A stretch of DNA of 64,000 nt, from positions 67,627 to 131,626 of the forward strand of contig CAYTED010000004.1 in NCBI GenBank assembly GCA_964436855.1. Direction: 5' to 3'. Below the pieces are notes generated by a model, which was not told where the DNA came from, made no database searches, and saw nothing but the letters and a program-made list of their open reading frames with translations. Every line of letters begins with the position of its first letter. The stretch's first letter is position 1. Positions 36,751 to 45,872 of this stretch are shown here, piece after piece. The position numbers were made by a program, and so were the translations under genes. Source of the DNA: an uncultured Bdellovibrionales bacterium. GTDB lineage: Bacteria > Patescibacteriota > Minisyncoccia > Moranbacterales > UBA1568.

Positions 36751-38019
36751 TTATTTACTCACTCTCCGTATTTCCGCTCCAAGTTTCTGCAATCGTTCTT
36801 CAATACGTTCATACCCGCGATCAACCTGATAAATATCTTCGATCACTGTTTTCCCCTGCGCCGCAAGCGCCGCAATGATAAGCGCCGCGCCAGCCCGAAG
36901 ATCGAAGCTCTTGATCGTTGTTCCGTGAAGAGCCGACGGTCCAAACACCTCCGCCTGATGCGGATTCAGAATTCGGGCTTTCGCACCCATTTTTTCCAAT
37001 TCCTGAATATAATTAAACCGCCCTTCGTAGAAATGATCATGAACAAGCGTCTCTCCATCCGAGACGGCAGCAAGCACCCCGAAAAGCGACTGCGTGTCCG
37101 TCGGAATCCCTGGATATATTTCCGGTTTTACCTTTCCCGGCGATACGAGCGCTCCCTTTGAAAACACTCGAATCCGATTCAAATCAATGACCTCTATTCC
37201 AGCACCGAATTCAGAAAGCTTTTCCAACACCGCTTCAAGATACTCCTCATGCGCACCGTTAACCGTAATATCGCTCCCCGTCGCCGCCCCGAGAACCAGA
37301 AATGTCGCCGCTTCATTCGCATCGGAGAGAATTGTATGCTCCGCACCATAGAGCGTAGCGCTCCCCTCAATTTCGATTGTGTGCGTACCAAGCCCCGATA
37401 CCGTCGCGCCCATTTTTTCAAGAAATCGACCAAGGTCCTGTACATGCGGTTCCGCTGCCGCCATTTTGATCATTGTTTTTCCCGGAAGTATCGCCGCAAG
37501 CATCATCGCATTTTCCGTCGCCGTCACCGAAAATTCTTTCAAAACGACTTTCCCGTTTTGTCGCCGCGACGCATCGATTCGATAGGATTTTTCCCCGACA
37601 GGCCGAATAGAAACACCCATTTTGAGAAACGCGTCAAAATGCGTATCGACCGGCCGCGCTCCGATCGAACATCCTCCCGGATGAAAAAAATTAAATTCCG
37701 GGAATCGCGCCGAAAGCGGTCCCAAAAGAAGAATCGAGGAACGAAGTTGTTTTACGAGATGCGTATCGAGTTTTTTCGGATCGACATCACGGGCCGTTAC
37801 GGTAACGGTTCGATCATCATGCCACTCCACCCGCGCGCCCATACTCTCAAGAATCTCAAGCATACGAAACACATCCTCAATCCGGGGAATATTATGAATC
37901 ACGCAGGGATCCTTCGTAAGAAGCGTTGCCGCAAGAATCGGCGTCGCCGCATTTTTCGATCCGGATACATCGATTGTTCCGGACAGTTTTTTCCCGCCGA
38001 TAATTTCAAAAACTTCCAT
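36751..38019 (-). CDS. murA: UDP-N-acetylglucosamine 1-carboxyvinyltransferase
   Basis: SGSKNAA, LRSS, PGGCSIGARPVDTH, SVTATEN, DLRAGAAL and DRGYE. Confidence 0.96.
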   Translation of the reverse strand: MEVFEIIGGKKLSGTIDVSGSKNAATPILAATLLTKDPCVIHNIPRIEDVFRMLEILESMGARVEWHDDRTVTVTARDVDPKKLDTHLVKQLRSSILLLGPLSARFPEFNFFHPGGCSIGARPVDTHFDAFLKMGVSIRPVGEKSYRIDASRRQNGKVVLKEFSVTATENAMMLAAILPGKTMIKMAAAEPHVQDLGRFLEKMGATVSGLGTHTIEIEGSATLYGAEHTILSDANEAATFLVLGAATGSDITVNGAHEEYLEAVLEKLSEFGAGIEVIDLNRIRVFSKGALVSPGKVKPEIYPGIPTDTQSLFGVLAAVSDGETLVHDHFYEGRFNYIQELEKMGAKARILNPHQAEVFGPSALHGTTIKSFDLRAGAALIIAALAAQGKTVIEDIYQVDRGYERIEERLQKLGAEIRRVSK

Positions 38020-38113
38020 AAAAAATTGAAAATGATTCTTCGCTAGTGTACCCTATTTCCCGCCTTTTTTCAATACAAAAACCCTCCCGAAGGAGGGCTT
38101 GTTTCAGAGGAAA

Positions 38114-38923
38114 TTACCTTACCTCAAAATCAACACTCATATCAATAATGACTTCTCCATCTCCGGATGGCACCTCTGGTGTTACGCGTACTTTTTCATC
38201 CGAAGCGCCTCCCCCAAAACCCATAGTTGTTGCGGGTACTGGCGGATTTCCAGAACCATCCGGGGATGAAATAATTGTTTCATACCAACCAACCACCTTT
38301 CCTAAGCGAACACCGGCGGCTCTTGCTATGTCCTGCGACTTTTTTCGAGCATCTGAAAGCGCTTCTTCGCGCGCGCGTTCTTTCAATTTTTCCGCATTGG
38401 CTACCGTAAAGCTCACACCACGAATATCATTTGCGCCTGCGTGACTCGCTTCCTCAAGAACCTTAGACACAAGCATTTCATTGTCCTTATCGATATTTTC
38501 GATTTTTATAACTATCTGTTGGGATGCGCCGTAACCAGACACCGATGAGGTGCCCGTATTGGAATACGCATACTGCGGAAACAATACATATTGTTCTGTT
38601 TGAATTTTATCTTGAGGAATATCAAGTCCTTTGATTGCCGTAACAATTTTTGAAGCCTTTTCGTTCAATTGCTGAAGTGCCGCCTCCGCTGTAGGCACCG
38701 AATCTATTCGAACACCAAGAGTAATTGTCGCAAGATCAGGATGATACTTTACTGTTCCACGACCAATAACCGATACTCGATTTGTATTCGAAGCCTTTTC
38801 ATAAATCGTATCGCTCAACACCGCCGCGAGCAGCACCACCGCAAGCGAGACGATACCGACAATTTTTACCGTCGCATTCTGCTTCCGCGAGGATTCCTCT
38901 CGCATCATTCCCTCTCCTTCCAT
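38114..38923 (-). CDS. SIMPL (DUF541) domain protein
   Basis: TM, VSVIGRGTVKYHPDLATITLGV, AGANDIRGVSF and AREEALSDARKK. Confidence 0.88.
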   Translation of the reverse strand: MEGEGMMREESSRKQNATVKIVGIVSLAVVLLAAVLSDTIYEKASNTNRVSVIGRGTVKYHPDLATITLGVRIDSVPTAEAALQQLNEKASKIVTAIKGLDIPQDKIQTEQYVLFPQYAYSNTGTSSVSGYGASQQIVIKIENIDKDNEMLVSKVLEEASHAGANDIRGVSFTVANAEKLKERAREEALSDARKKSQDIARAAGVRLGKVVGWYETIISSPDGSGNPPVPATTMGFGGGASDEKVRVTPEVPSGDGEVIIDMSVDFEVR

Positions 38924-39104
38924 AAAAAAGAGTTAGTGTTTAGACAAATATATTGTACTCTCGGCGAACAAAAACGCAAAAAGCCTCTTCATTATGGGAG
39001 GCTTTGCTGTTTGTCCCGCAGAAATTTTGTGTGCGGAAGAAAACGAAGGAAACTTCGCTTTGGAAGGTGTTTTTGTGTTTGTATTTATTTTATAAGGAAC
39101 ATCC

Positions 39105-39149
39105 CCGGATGACATTCGGATTTTTTTGTTTTTGCCGAATGTCATCCGG
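39105..39149. repeat. Perfect 15-bp inverted repeat (REP-like)
   Basis: CCGGATGACATTCGG-N15-CCGAATGTCATCCGG. Confidence 0.8.
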
Positions 39150-39337
39150 AAATTCCTTCTCATCAATCACTCAAACGATTGGAATCCAAGTTGGGAAGTT
39201 TTTTCGCTATCTCCCGATTCGGATTCCACTTTACTCGCTTTTTTCCTTGTTTTTTTTATTTTGAATCACCCTCGCAGCACAGTCGAACAAATGTGAGACG
39301 AGCAGGGTACGTGATGAAAAATCAAAAAACAAAGAAA

Positions 39338-40060
39338 TTACCACTTCTTCGACCACCGAGACCGGAACGCGATCAGGATCACCAGTATTACCCCCATCGC
39401 CTGCGCCGCGCCAAAAAAGAGCAGTGCGAAAAACGTTCCGGATTCGATATGAAAGCGTTCCGTTACCGACCGAAGCAATCCGCCGACAAGACCATCGGAA
39501 GACTCACTTCCCCCGCCGGCGGTAAAGCTCGACAACACCTTTGGACAAAGTGATTCGGTATCGGTCGAAATCGAAAGTTTTCCTTCATCTCCTATTTTCG
39601 TCCCGAACATTTGTACCGCGATAATTGTCGGTTTTCCATTCCACTCCGATTCACGAACCGCAACTCCGATCTCCGCGTATTTCGACGAAAGAATATTTTC
39701 ACAATGTTTTTTACTTTCCATCCACGCGATATGTTGCGTGTCCGCATTCTTGAAATGAATGGCAAGATTTTCTCCCGCATACCGGTAGTCATACCGCTCC
39801 TCATGAAACCAGTGCCATGGTGTCACACCGGAAGGAGACGTGTGTGAAAAATACTGCTCCCGAACCATATCATCGGCCTTTCCTCCCGCTACGCGATCAA
39901 GCGTCTCGCTTCGCGCAAGTGTTGGGAGTCCGGCTCTTGTTCGCTCGCGATTCACAAGGTCAACCACATCGCCCGATGAAATCGCGGCAAAAACCGGCGT
40001 CGCGGTCGCAGCCGTAAGCAAGAGAGCAAACATCCAGATTTTCGAGTGATGACGATGCAT
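39338..40060 (-). CDS. CAP/SCP domain protein
   Basis: Signal peptide, LVNRER..GL, YFSHTSP, YAGENLA, WMESKKHCENIL and a C-terminal TM. Confidence 0.9.
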   Translation of the reverse strand: MHRHHSKIWMFALLLTAATATPVFAAISSGDVVDLVNRERTRAGLPTLARSETLDRVAGGKADDMVREQYFSHTSPSGVTPWHWFHEERYDYRYAGENLAIHFKNADTQHIAWMESKKHCENILSSKYAEIGVAVRESEWNGKPTIIAVQMFGTKIGDEGKLSISTDTESLCPKVLSSFTAGGGSESSDGLVGGLLRSVTERFHIESGTFFALLFFGAAQAMGVILVILIAFRSRWSKKW

Positions 40061-40305
40061 AGAATGAGAGATAAGAGGTGAGAGTGTAGAGACGAGGGGT
40101 TTTGTGGCTTGAAAAAAAGAAAACGGGAGTCTTGCGACACCCGCTTTTTTCCTCATTTCAATACCATTGTAGCACAAGAAACACATCTTGTAAAGTAAAA
40201 TTAACGTTTCCGCAGATAATCATACGCGGAGAGAGCAATAACGACACAAAATAAGAAGTCCCCCGCGAAAACCGCAGGGGACAAAAGACGCTTAGGCAGG
40301 TAAAC

Positions 40306-41432
40306 TCACGCTCCTTTGCAGGACATCCCTACGGGAACTGAATTCACCCCATTACCATCATCGTCCATACTGCCTCCTTCAAAAGGAGACATGTCCGGAA
40401 CCTCACTCGCCGGCTGGCCGTTCCACTTGACGATCCTCCTTGTGCGACGACCGCTGTTGAGATGCTGGATCAGCCGGCCGTACAAGAGCGGGTTGATTTT
40501 GCTACCGCTGTTACTGATGAGCGCGATGATGCCCGGATCATTGATCGGGAAAGTGCGAAGCTTCTCGACATCATGGCGTGCCACCTCAAGTCGTTCCCCC
40601 TCCCAGAACGTCTGGTGGTCAGCGAAGATCTTCGCTAGCGCGAACATGAAGCTGCCCTTGATGTGCGGGCTCAAGTCACGATAGGCGATGCTCCGGACAC
40701 CGAATGCCTGGTCGAGCACACCGTAGAACGCGCGGACGTTCGCGCGCCAGATATTGGAGCCGACGACGTTGAAGGTCTTGTCCATGGACTTGACCAACTC
40801 CTCCATCTTATTCGAGAGACCCGGACCGAAGTGGCTGTGCAGCACCCCGATGACCTTCATCGTCAGGAATGCCGCGAGTAGCTCGCCGCGAGCCATGCGC
40901 TGGTTCCAGCAAATCTTGCCGCGCAGGACGAACTCGCGGTCGTTCTGAGACATGGAAGTAAGCGCCTTGACGACATGAGAATCCACCTCGTTGCACAGAA
41001 GCACGTTCGGGAAGACCCGGGCGCGATCCATGTTGAGGACCTTGAAACGTTCCCGTTCCCAGTCATCAGTAGTACCGAAATGCAGAAGCGCGCCAAGATG
41101 GACCTTGCGACCGGAGTCCTCGGCAAGATACTTCCTCGCCGCCAAAAGACGTGCAGCCCGTCGATGACGTAGCAGTCATGATGGATATAGAACGCACCTT
41201 CACGGTCCCGGAAATCGCCACCCCGGATACCGATCTCGATATCCGGAAAACGAGCGCCATCCTTGAGCGCTTCCACCATCCTATTGATGGTCGACGTACG
41301 CGCTTCCTCCCGCTGGTAGTCGCCGACCTTGACGTCATTGAAACACCCTTGCTCGATGACACCACGCAGAACGATGTTGCCGTTGAGCTCGTCGAGAGCC
41401 CCGTTTATTACCTTGAGCTGGTAGCTGCTCAT
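40306..41432 (-). pseudogene. ParB/DndB/DUF262-like (DGxQR) protein with a single-base frameshift
   Basis: DYQRE, FPDIEIG and YVIDGL. Adding one base at 41151/41152 gives DGLQRLLAARKY and joins ORFs 40863..41507 and 40306..41145 into 375 aa. GC-rich codons. Confidence 0.72.
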
Positions 41433-41615
41433 TATGCTTTCTCCCAAAAAGGCCACCGTACGGCTTGAGCCGATCACAGGCCAGTAAAGGTACAAACATG
41501 CTTTCACATGTCTCTCGGACCCTCCGAGAGATAAAAAGATAGCATATATATATTGTCAATGGTCAAAGAAGCTTAAAATAAGCCTCGTTTTTGTTCTTCT
41601 TTGCTTCTCAAACCC

Positions 41616-42536
41616 CTATTTCCCCTTGCGGATGTAGTCATACGCCGAGAGGGCGGCGGTAACGCCGTCGCCCGCGGAGATATTATTCTGTTTGTACGGC
41701 GCATCCGTCACATCCCCCGTCGCGAAAATTCCGGGTTTCGATGTCGCCTTCGTCCGGTGATCGATTTTTATTTGTCCGCGTTCATCAAGATCGAGAAATC
41801 CTTTCACAAAATCCGAATTCGGAACCATACCGATCTCCACAAACACGCCGTCGCAGTCGATCGTCTTCTCCTCTCCGGTATTTGCATCCTTATAACGAAG
41901 TCCTGTTACTTTGTCTTCACCGAGCACTTCCTGCGTGAGTCCGAAGAAAACGACACTTACTTTTTTATCGGCAAGTATTTTTTCGCGCGTGATCTGATCC
42001 CCCTTTAATTCGCCGGAACGAACGAGGAGTACGATCTCGCTCGCATACGGCAAAAGATCCTCCACCGCCTCGAGCCCGGAATTTCCACCGCCGACGACGA
42101 CAACTTTTTTCCCGCGAAAAAATGGCGCGTCGCAGGTCGAGCAATAAACAACTCCCTTTCCCTTAAATTTCTCTTCCCCCGGCACATCAAGATGACGGTG
42201 TCGTCCGCCGGATGCAATAATAACCGTTTTTGTCTCATACGAAGATCCGTTCGAACTTCTCACCAGATACTGCCCGTCCTTCTCTTCAATACCTGCCGCA
42301 AGTTCGCCTGTTTTGATTTCGATATTTTCTTGTGCGCGGAGATGCTTTTCAAGCGACTGCGCAAATTCCCAACCGGGAATCGTAATCGTTCCGATCCAAT
42401 TCTCTATCGAAGCGGACACGGTCGACTGTCCGCCGAAACTTTCCGTCAGAAGAAGCGTCTTCAATTGCTTTCGGCTCGCATACACTCCCGCCGCGACTCC
42501 TCCCGGCCCCGCCCCGATAATTACTACATCGTACAT
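41616..42536 (-). CDS. trxB: Thioredoxin reductase / AhpF C-terminal-like flavoprotein
   Basis: VVIIGAGPGG, YCSTCDAP, VVGGGNSG and GDVTDAPYKQ. Confidence 0.88.
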   Translation of the reverse strand: MYDVVIIGAGPGGVAAGVYASRKQLKTLLLTESFGGQSTVSASIENWIGTITIPGWEFAQSLEKHLRAQENIEIKTGELAAGIEEKDGQYLVRSSNGSSYETKTVIIASGGRHRHLDVPGEEKFKGKGVVYCSTCDAPFFRGKKVVVVGGGNSGLEAVEDLLPYASEIVLLVRSGELKGDQITREKILADKKVSVVFFGLTQEVLGEDKVTGLRYKDANTGEEKTIDCDGVFVEIGMVPNSDFVKGFLDLDERGQIKIDHRTKATSKPGIFATGDVTDAPYKQNNISAGDGVTAALSAYDYIRKGK

Positions 42537-42575
42537 ATTTGTATCAAAATTAAAAAATCAAAATAAAAATTGAAA

Positions 42576-43817
42576 TTAATTCCTGCCTCTATCCTGCATC
42601 GCTTGCGCGACCCGCTTCACCGCAAGCGCATACGCCCCCAATCGTACACTCGTATTATACCGCTCTTTTTCTTCCCAGACATGAGCAAAGGCGCGTTCCA
42701 TTTTCTCCTTAAGTTTCGCGCGCACCTCTTCTTCGGTCCACACGTAATTCATCGCATTCTGCACCTGCTCGAAATACGAGACCGTTACGCCGCCCGCATT
42801 TGCGAGAATATCCGGAACAACCGTCACGCCTTTCTCGAAAAGAATCACATCCGCCTCGGGTGTTACCGGGCCATTTGCGATTTCGACGATCAGTTTCGCC
42901 TGTACGTCCTTTGCGTTTTCCTCGTGAATCGCGTTCTCGAGCGCCGCCGGCACGAGAATATCCGCGGGCACCGTCAGCACAGCCGAGCTTGGAAGTTTCT
43001 CGCAATCCGTACACGTTTCGAGACTTCCGGTAATACGCTTGTGCTCATCGATCGATTTCACATCGAGCCCTCCGCTCCGATAGACAGTCGACTTCGAATC
43101 CGCAATGGCGACCACCCGATACCCCGATCGTTCAAGAATTCGCGCCAAGTGACACCCACCGTTCCCGAATCCCTGAATCGCAACCGTCGCGTTTTTCGAG
43201 AGGTGTAGTGTTTCGACCGCTTTCTCGAGTACGAAGAACGCCCCCTGCGCCGTCGCTGAATCGCGTCCGAGCGACCCGCCGATCGAAAGCGGTTTCCCCG
43301 TGATCACCCCCGGCGCGTATTCGCCGTGCATCACTTCATATTCATCAAGCATCCATCCCATAATGCGCGGGTCAGTCGATACATCCGGCGCCGGAATATC
43401 AAGATCTTTTCCAATAATCGGAAAAATAGCCCGCATATAGCCGCGCGAGAGTGATTCCAATTCGCGATCAGAAAGTGTTTTCGGATCGACGATCACGCCA
43501 CCTTTCCCTCCGCCGAGCGGAATATCCACGACCGCCGTTTTCCACGTCATCCATGCCGAAAGCGCCTTCACCTCATCAAGCGTTACTCCCGGATGAAACC
43601 GAATACCGCCCTTGAATGGCCCGCGTGCACGGTTGTACTGCGACCGATACCCGGTAAATATTCTTGTCGTCCCGTCATCCATCTTGACCGGCACCGACAC
43701 CTCGAGCACCCGCTCCGGAGAAAGGAGTCGCTCAAAAATATTCAAATCGATTTTCGCGATATCCTGTACCGCCCGCAACTGCTTCCGCGCGTTTTCAAAA
43801 GGATTGTTCATAGTCAT
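42576..43817 (-). CDS. gdhA: Glutamate dehydrogenase (Glu/Leu/Phe/Val family)
   Basis: GPFKGGIRFH, GGGKGG, DIPAPD, IQGFGNGG and PDILANAGGVTVSYFE. Confidence 0.92.
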   Translation of the reverse strand: MTMNNPFENARKQLRAVQDIAKIDLNIFERLLSPERVLEVSVPVKMDDGTTRIFTGYRSQYNRARGPFKGGIRFHPGVTLDEVKALSAWMTWKTAVVDIPLGGGKGGVIVDPKTLSDRELESLSRGYMRAIFPIIGKDLDIPAPDVSTDPRIMGWMLDEYEVMHGEYAPGVITGKPLSIGGSLGRDSATAQGAFFVLEKAVETLHLSKNATVAIQGFGNGGCHLARILERSGYRVVAIADSKSTVYRSGGLDVKSIDEHKRITGSLETCTDCEKLPSSAVLTVPADILVPAALENAIHEENAKDVQAKLIVEIANGPVTPEADVILFEKGVTVVPDILANAGGVTVSYFEQVQNAMNYVWTEEEVRAKLKEKMERAFAHVWEEKERYNTSVRLGAYALAVKRVAQAMQDRGRN

Positions 43818-43927
43818 ATCAAAATTTAAAAATCAAAATGGAAAATGACAGATCAAAATTCAAAATGTTGGATGTATGAAAAAATTTTGTATTTTACATT
43901 GTCATTTTGATTTTTGATATTTGCATT
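43818..43927. repeat. AT-rich palindromic intergenic element, family A
   Basis: ATCAAAATTTAAAAATCAAA (43818-37) is identical to 48521-40. CATTGTCATTTT and ATTTTTGATATTT are also shared. Confidence 0.8.
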
Positions 43928-43944
43928 GTTCACTTCAAAAAAGT

Positions 43945-44199
43945 TTATTTCATCTTAAATAAACTTTTGAGGTACGCCTCATCCACTTTCTTTTTCCCGT
44001 CCCACTTGCACGCGAAGTCGTTCTTCAAAAGTTCAACTCCAAGCATCGCGACTGCTTCACGCACGGCGGAAATTTGCGTGATGATATCGAGACATTCCCC
44101 GCTTCCCTCCACCATTCGTCGAATGCCGCGCAGCTGCCCCTCGACCCGACTGATGCGAGAGAGTATTTTTTTCTTTGCCTGATCTTCCGTATGTGTCAT
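43945..44199 (-). CDS. CsoR/RcnR/CstR-family transcriptional repressor
   Basis: RISRVEGQLRGIRRMVE..CLDIITQISAVREA. Confidence 0.93.
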   Translation of the reverse strand: MTHTEDQAKKKILSRISRVEGQLRGIRRMVEGSGECLDIITQISAVREAVAMLGVELLKNDFACKWDGKKKVDEAYLKSLFKMK

Positions 44200-44214
44200 A
44201 CCCTGTTCAATAAA

Positions 44215-44261
44215 AATATACCCGTGGAGGGTATATTATATTTTTTCAAAAAAACCGTCAA
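44215..44261 (-). promoter_or_regulatory. CsoR-family operator overlapping a sigma70 promoter
   Basis: AATATACCC-GTGGA-GGGTATATT (44215-37) overlaps the -10 of minus-strand TTGACG-17 bp-TAATAT. Confidence 0.8.
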
Positions 44262-44272
44262 GTGACTATTAA

Positions 44273-45706
44273 CTATTCGGGAAGCTTTTTCACATATTCC
44301 CGAAACTGATCCCCCCGATCGAATTCGTTTCGAAAGAGACCGAAACTCGCCGCGCCGGGAGAAAGGAGCACGAGATCGCCCGGCGCCGTTTTTTGAAGAG
44401 CTTTCTCAATCGCTTCCGGCATCGAAGAAACGGTGTCGATATGCCGGTCCGGCGCCCTCTCCTTGAGAGTCGAAAGAAGTTTTTCTGTGCCCTCTCCTGA
44501 AAACAGGATAACGTCTTTCGTTTTGGAAAGTATCGTATCGGCAAGTGACGAAAAGTCAAGATTCTTGTCACTCCCGCCGGCGATGAGAACAACCGGGTCT
44601 TTTAACGCGCTGATTGAAGCGATCGCCGCCTCGGGAATCGTCGCGGCGGAATCATTGTACCATCGAACTCCTCGCTTCTTTCCGACAAATTCGAGCCGAT
44701 GTGAAACACCCCGAAATGTTTTTAAGCCGAATGCGATCTGCTCGCGCGAAAGACCGAATGCGTGCGCGGCGGCGGCGGCGGCAAGTGCGTTCATTTCATT
44801 ATGCGTCCCCGGCACCGGCAACTCCGAACAATCAAACCATTCCGTTTCCAATCCCGTATCATCGCGAAGAATCGCCTTTCCTGATCGAAGAAAAAATCCT
44901 TGTTCAAGCGGTGAGGCCGAAAAAAGAATTTTCTTCCCCAAGGCGCGCTTCGTCATATCGGATGTCCATTCATTGTCCGCATTTGCGACAAGCACTCCCG
45001 TATCCGTTTGAAAACGAAAAATGTTTTCCTTGTCCGCGGCATACACTTCCATCGACGGATAATAGTTCAAATGATCGGGATAGATATTGGTGAGCACGGC
45101 GATATCCGGACTTTTTTTCGCATACGAAAGTCCCGAGAGTCGCCAACTCGAGAGTTCGAATACCACAACATCGTCTTTTTGTAATCGAAGGAGTGTATCG
45201 AGCACGGAAATATCGCCGATCCCCGCGCGAACCGTCGACACGCCGGACGCCTCAAGAATATGCGCGAGCATCGAAGCGGTCGTCGTCTTCCCCTTCGTCC
45301 CCGTCACACCGAGAATTTTATTTTCACAAAACCGAAAAAAAAGACTCGAGTCCGTTTCAACCGGAATCCCCTTTTCGATTGCCGCTTGCGCGAATTCATT
45401 CGTCCACGGAATCGCCGGATTTTTCACGACGATATCGGTTTCGGTAAAATCCCGTACCCGATGTTCGCCAAGAACGTATTGAATATTCGGAAGAGTCGAA
45501 AGTTCGCGCATCGAAACCGAAAGTTCCGATTCACTCTTCTTATCGGTCACGACAATTTCGGACACTCCGAGACTCGAGAGATATTTCACCGTCCCTACGC
45601 CGCCGGAATTCACCCCCAGTCCGAACACCGTCACCTTTTTTCCGGCAAGCCATTCTTTCGTAATCATATGTTCGGTTCCGTTAATCGCTACGTTCTTTTC
45701 TTTCAT
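44273..45706 (-). CDS. murD: UDP-MurNAc-L-Ala--D-glutamate ligase
   Basis: GVTGTKGKTTT, FELSSWRL, DHLNYY, HRLE, NDSAAT, IAGGSDK and LLSPGAASF..F..RG..F. Start is uncertain (45706 or 45668). Confidence 0.93.
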   Translation of the reverse strand: MKEKNVAINGTEHMITKEWLAGKKVTVFGLGVNSGGVGTVKYLSSLGVSEIVVTDKKSESELSVSMRELSTLPNIQYVLGEHRVRDFTETDIVVKNPAIPWTNEFAQAAIEKGIPVETDSSLFFRFCENKILGVTGTKGKTTTASMLAHILEASGVSTVRAGIGDISVLDTLLRLQKDDVVVFELSSWRLSGLSYAKKSPDIAVLTNIYPDHLNYYPSMEVYAADKENIFRFQTDTGVLVANADNEWTSDMTKRALGKKILFSASPLEQGFFLRSGKAILRDDTGLETEWFDCSELPVPGTHNEMNALAAAAAAHAFGLSREQIAFGLKTFRGVSHRLEFVGKKRGVRWYNDSAATIPEAAIASISALKDPVVLIAGGSDKNLDFSSLADTILSKTKDVILFSGEGTEKLLSTLKERAPDRHIDTVSSMPEAIEKALQKTAPGDLVLLSPGAASFGLFRNEFDRGDQFREYVKKLPE

Positions 45707-45872
45707 TGTTTTTCTTTCTGCGTTCTTTTCACCGCAAAAGAAAGTATGCGAAGAAGACGCTCCTCCGTGCTTCGCCTTCAAAATATCTTCCAAGAGAAGC
45801 TTCCGCATGACTACAGCGTTGTAAGCGGGTTTCTCTCTTCTTTATACGCACAAAGAAAGAAGAAATTCCATT

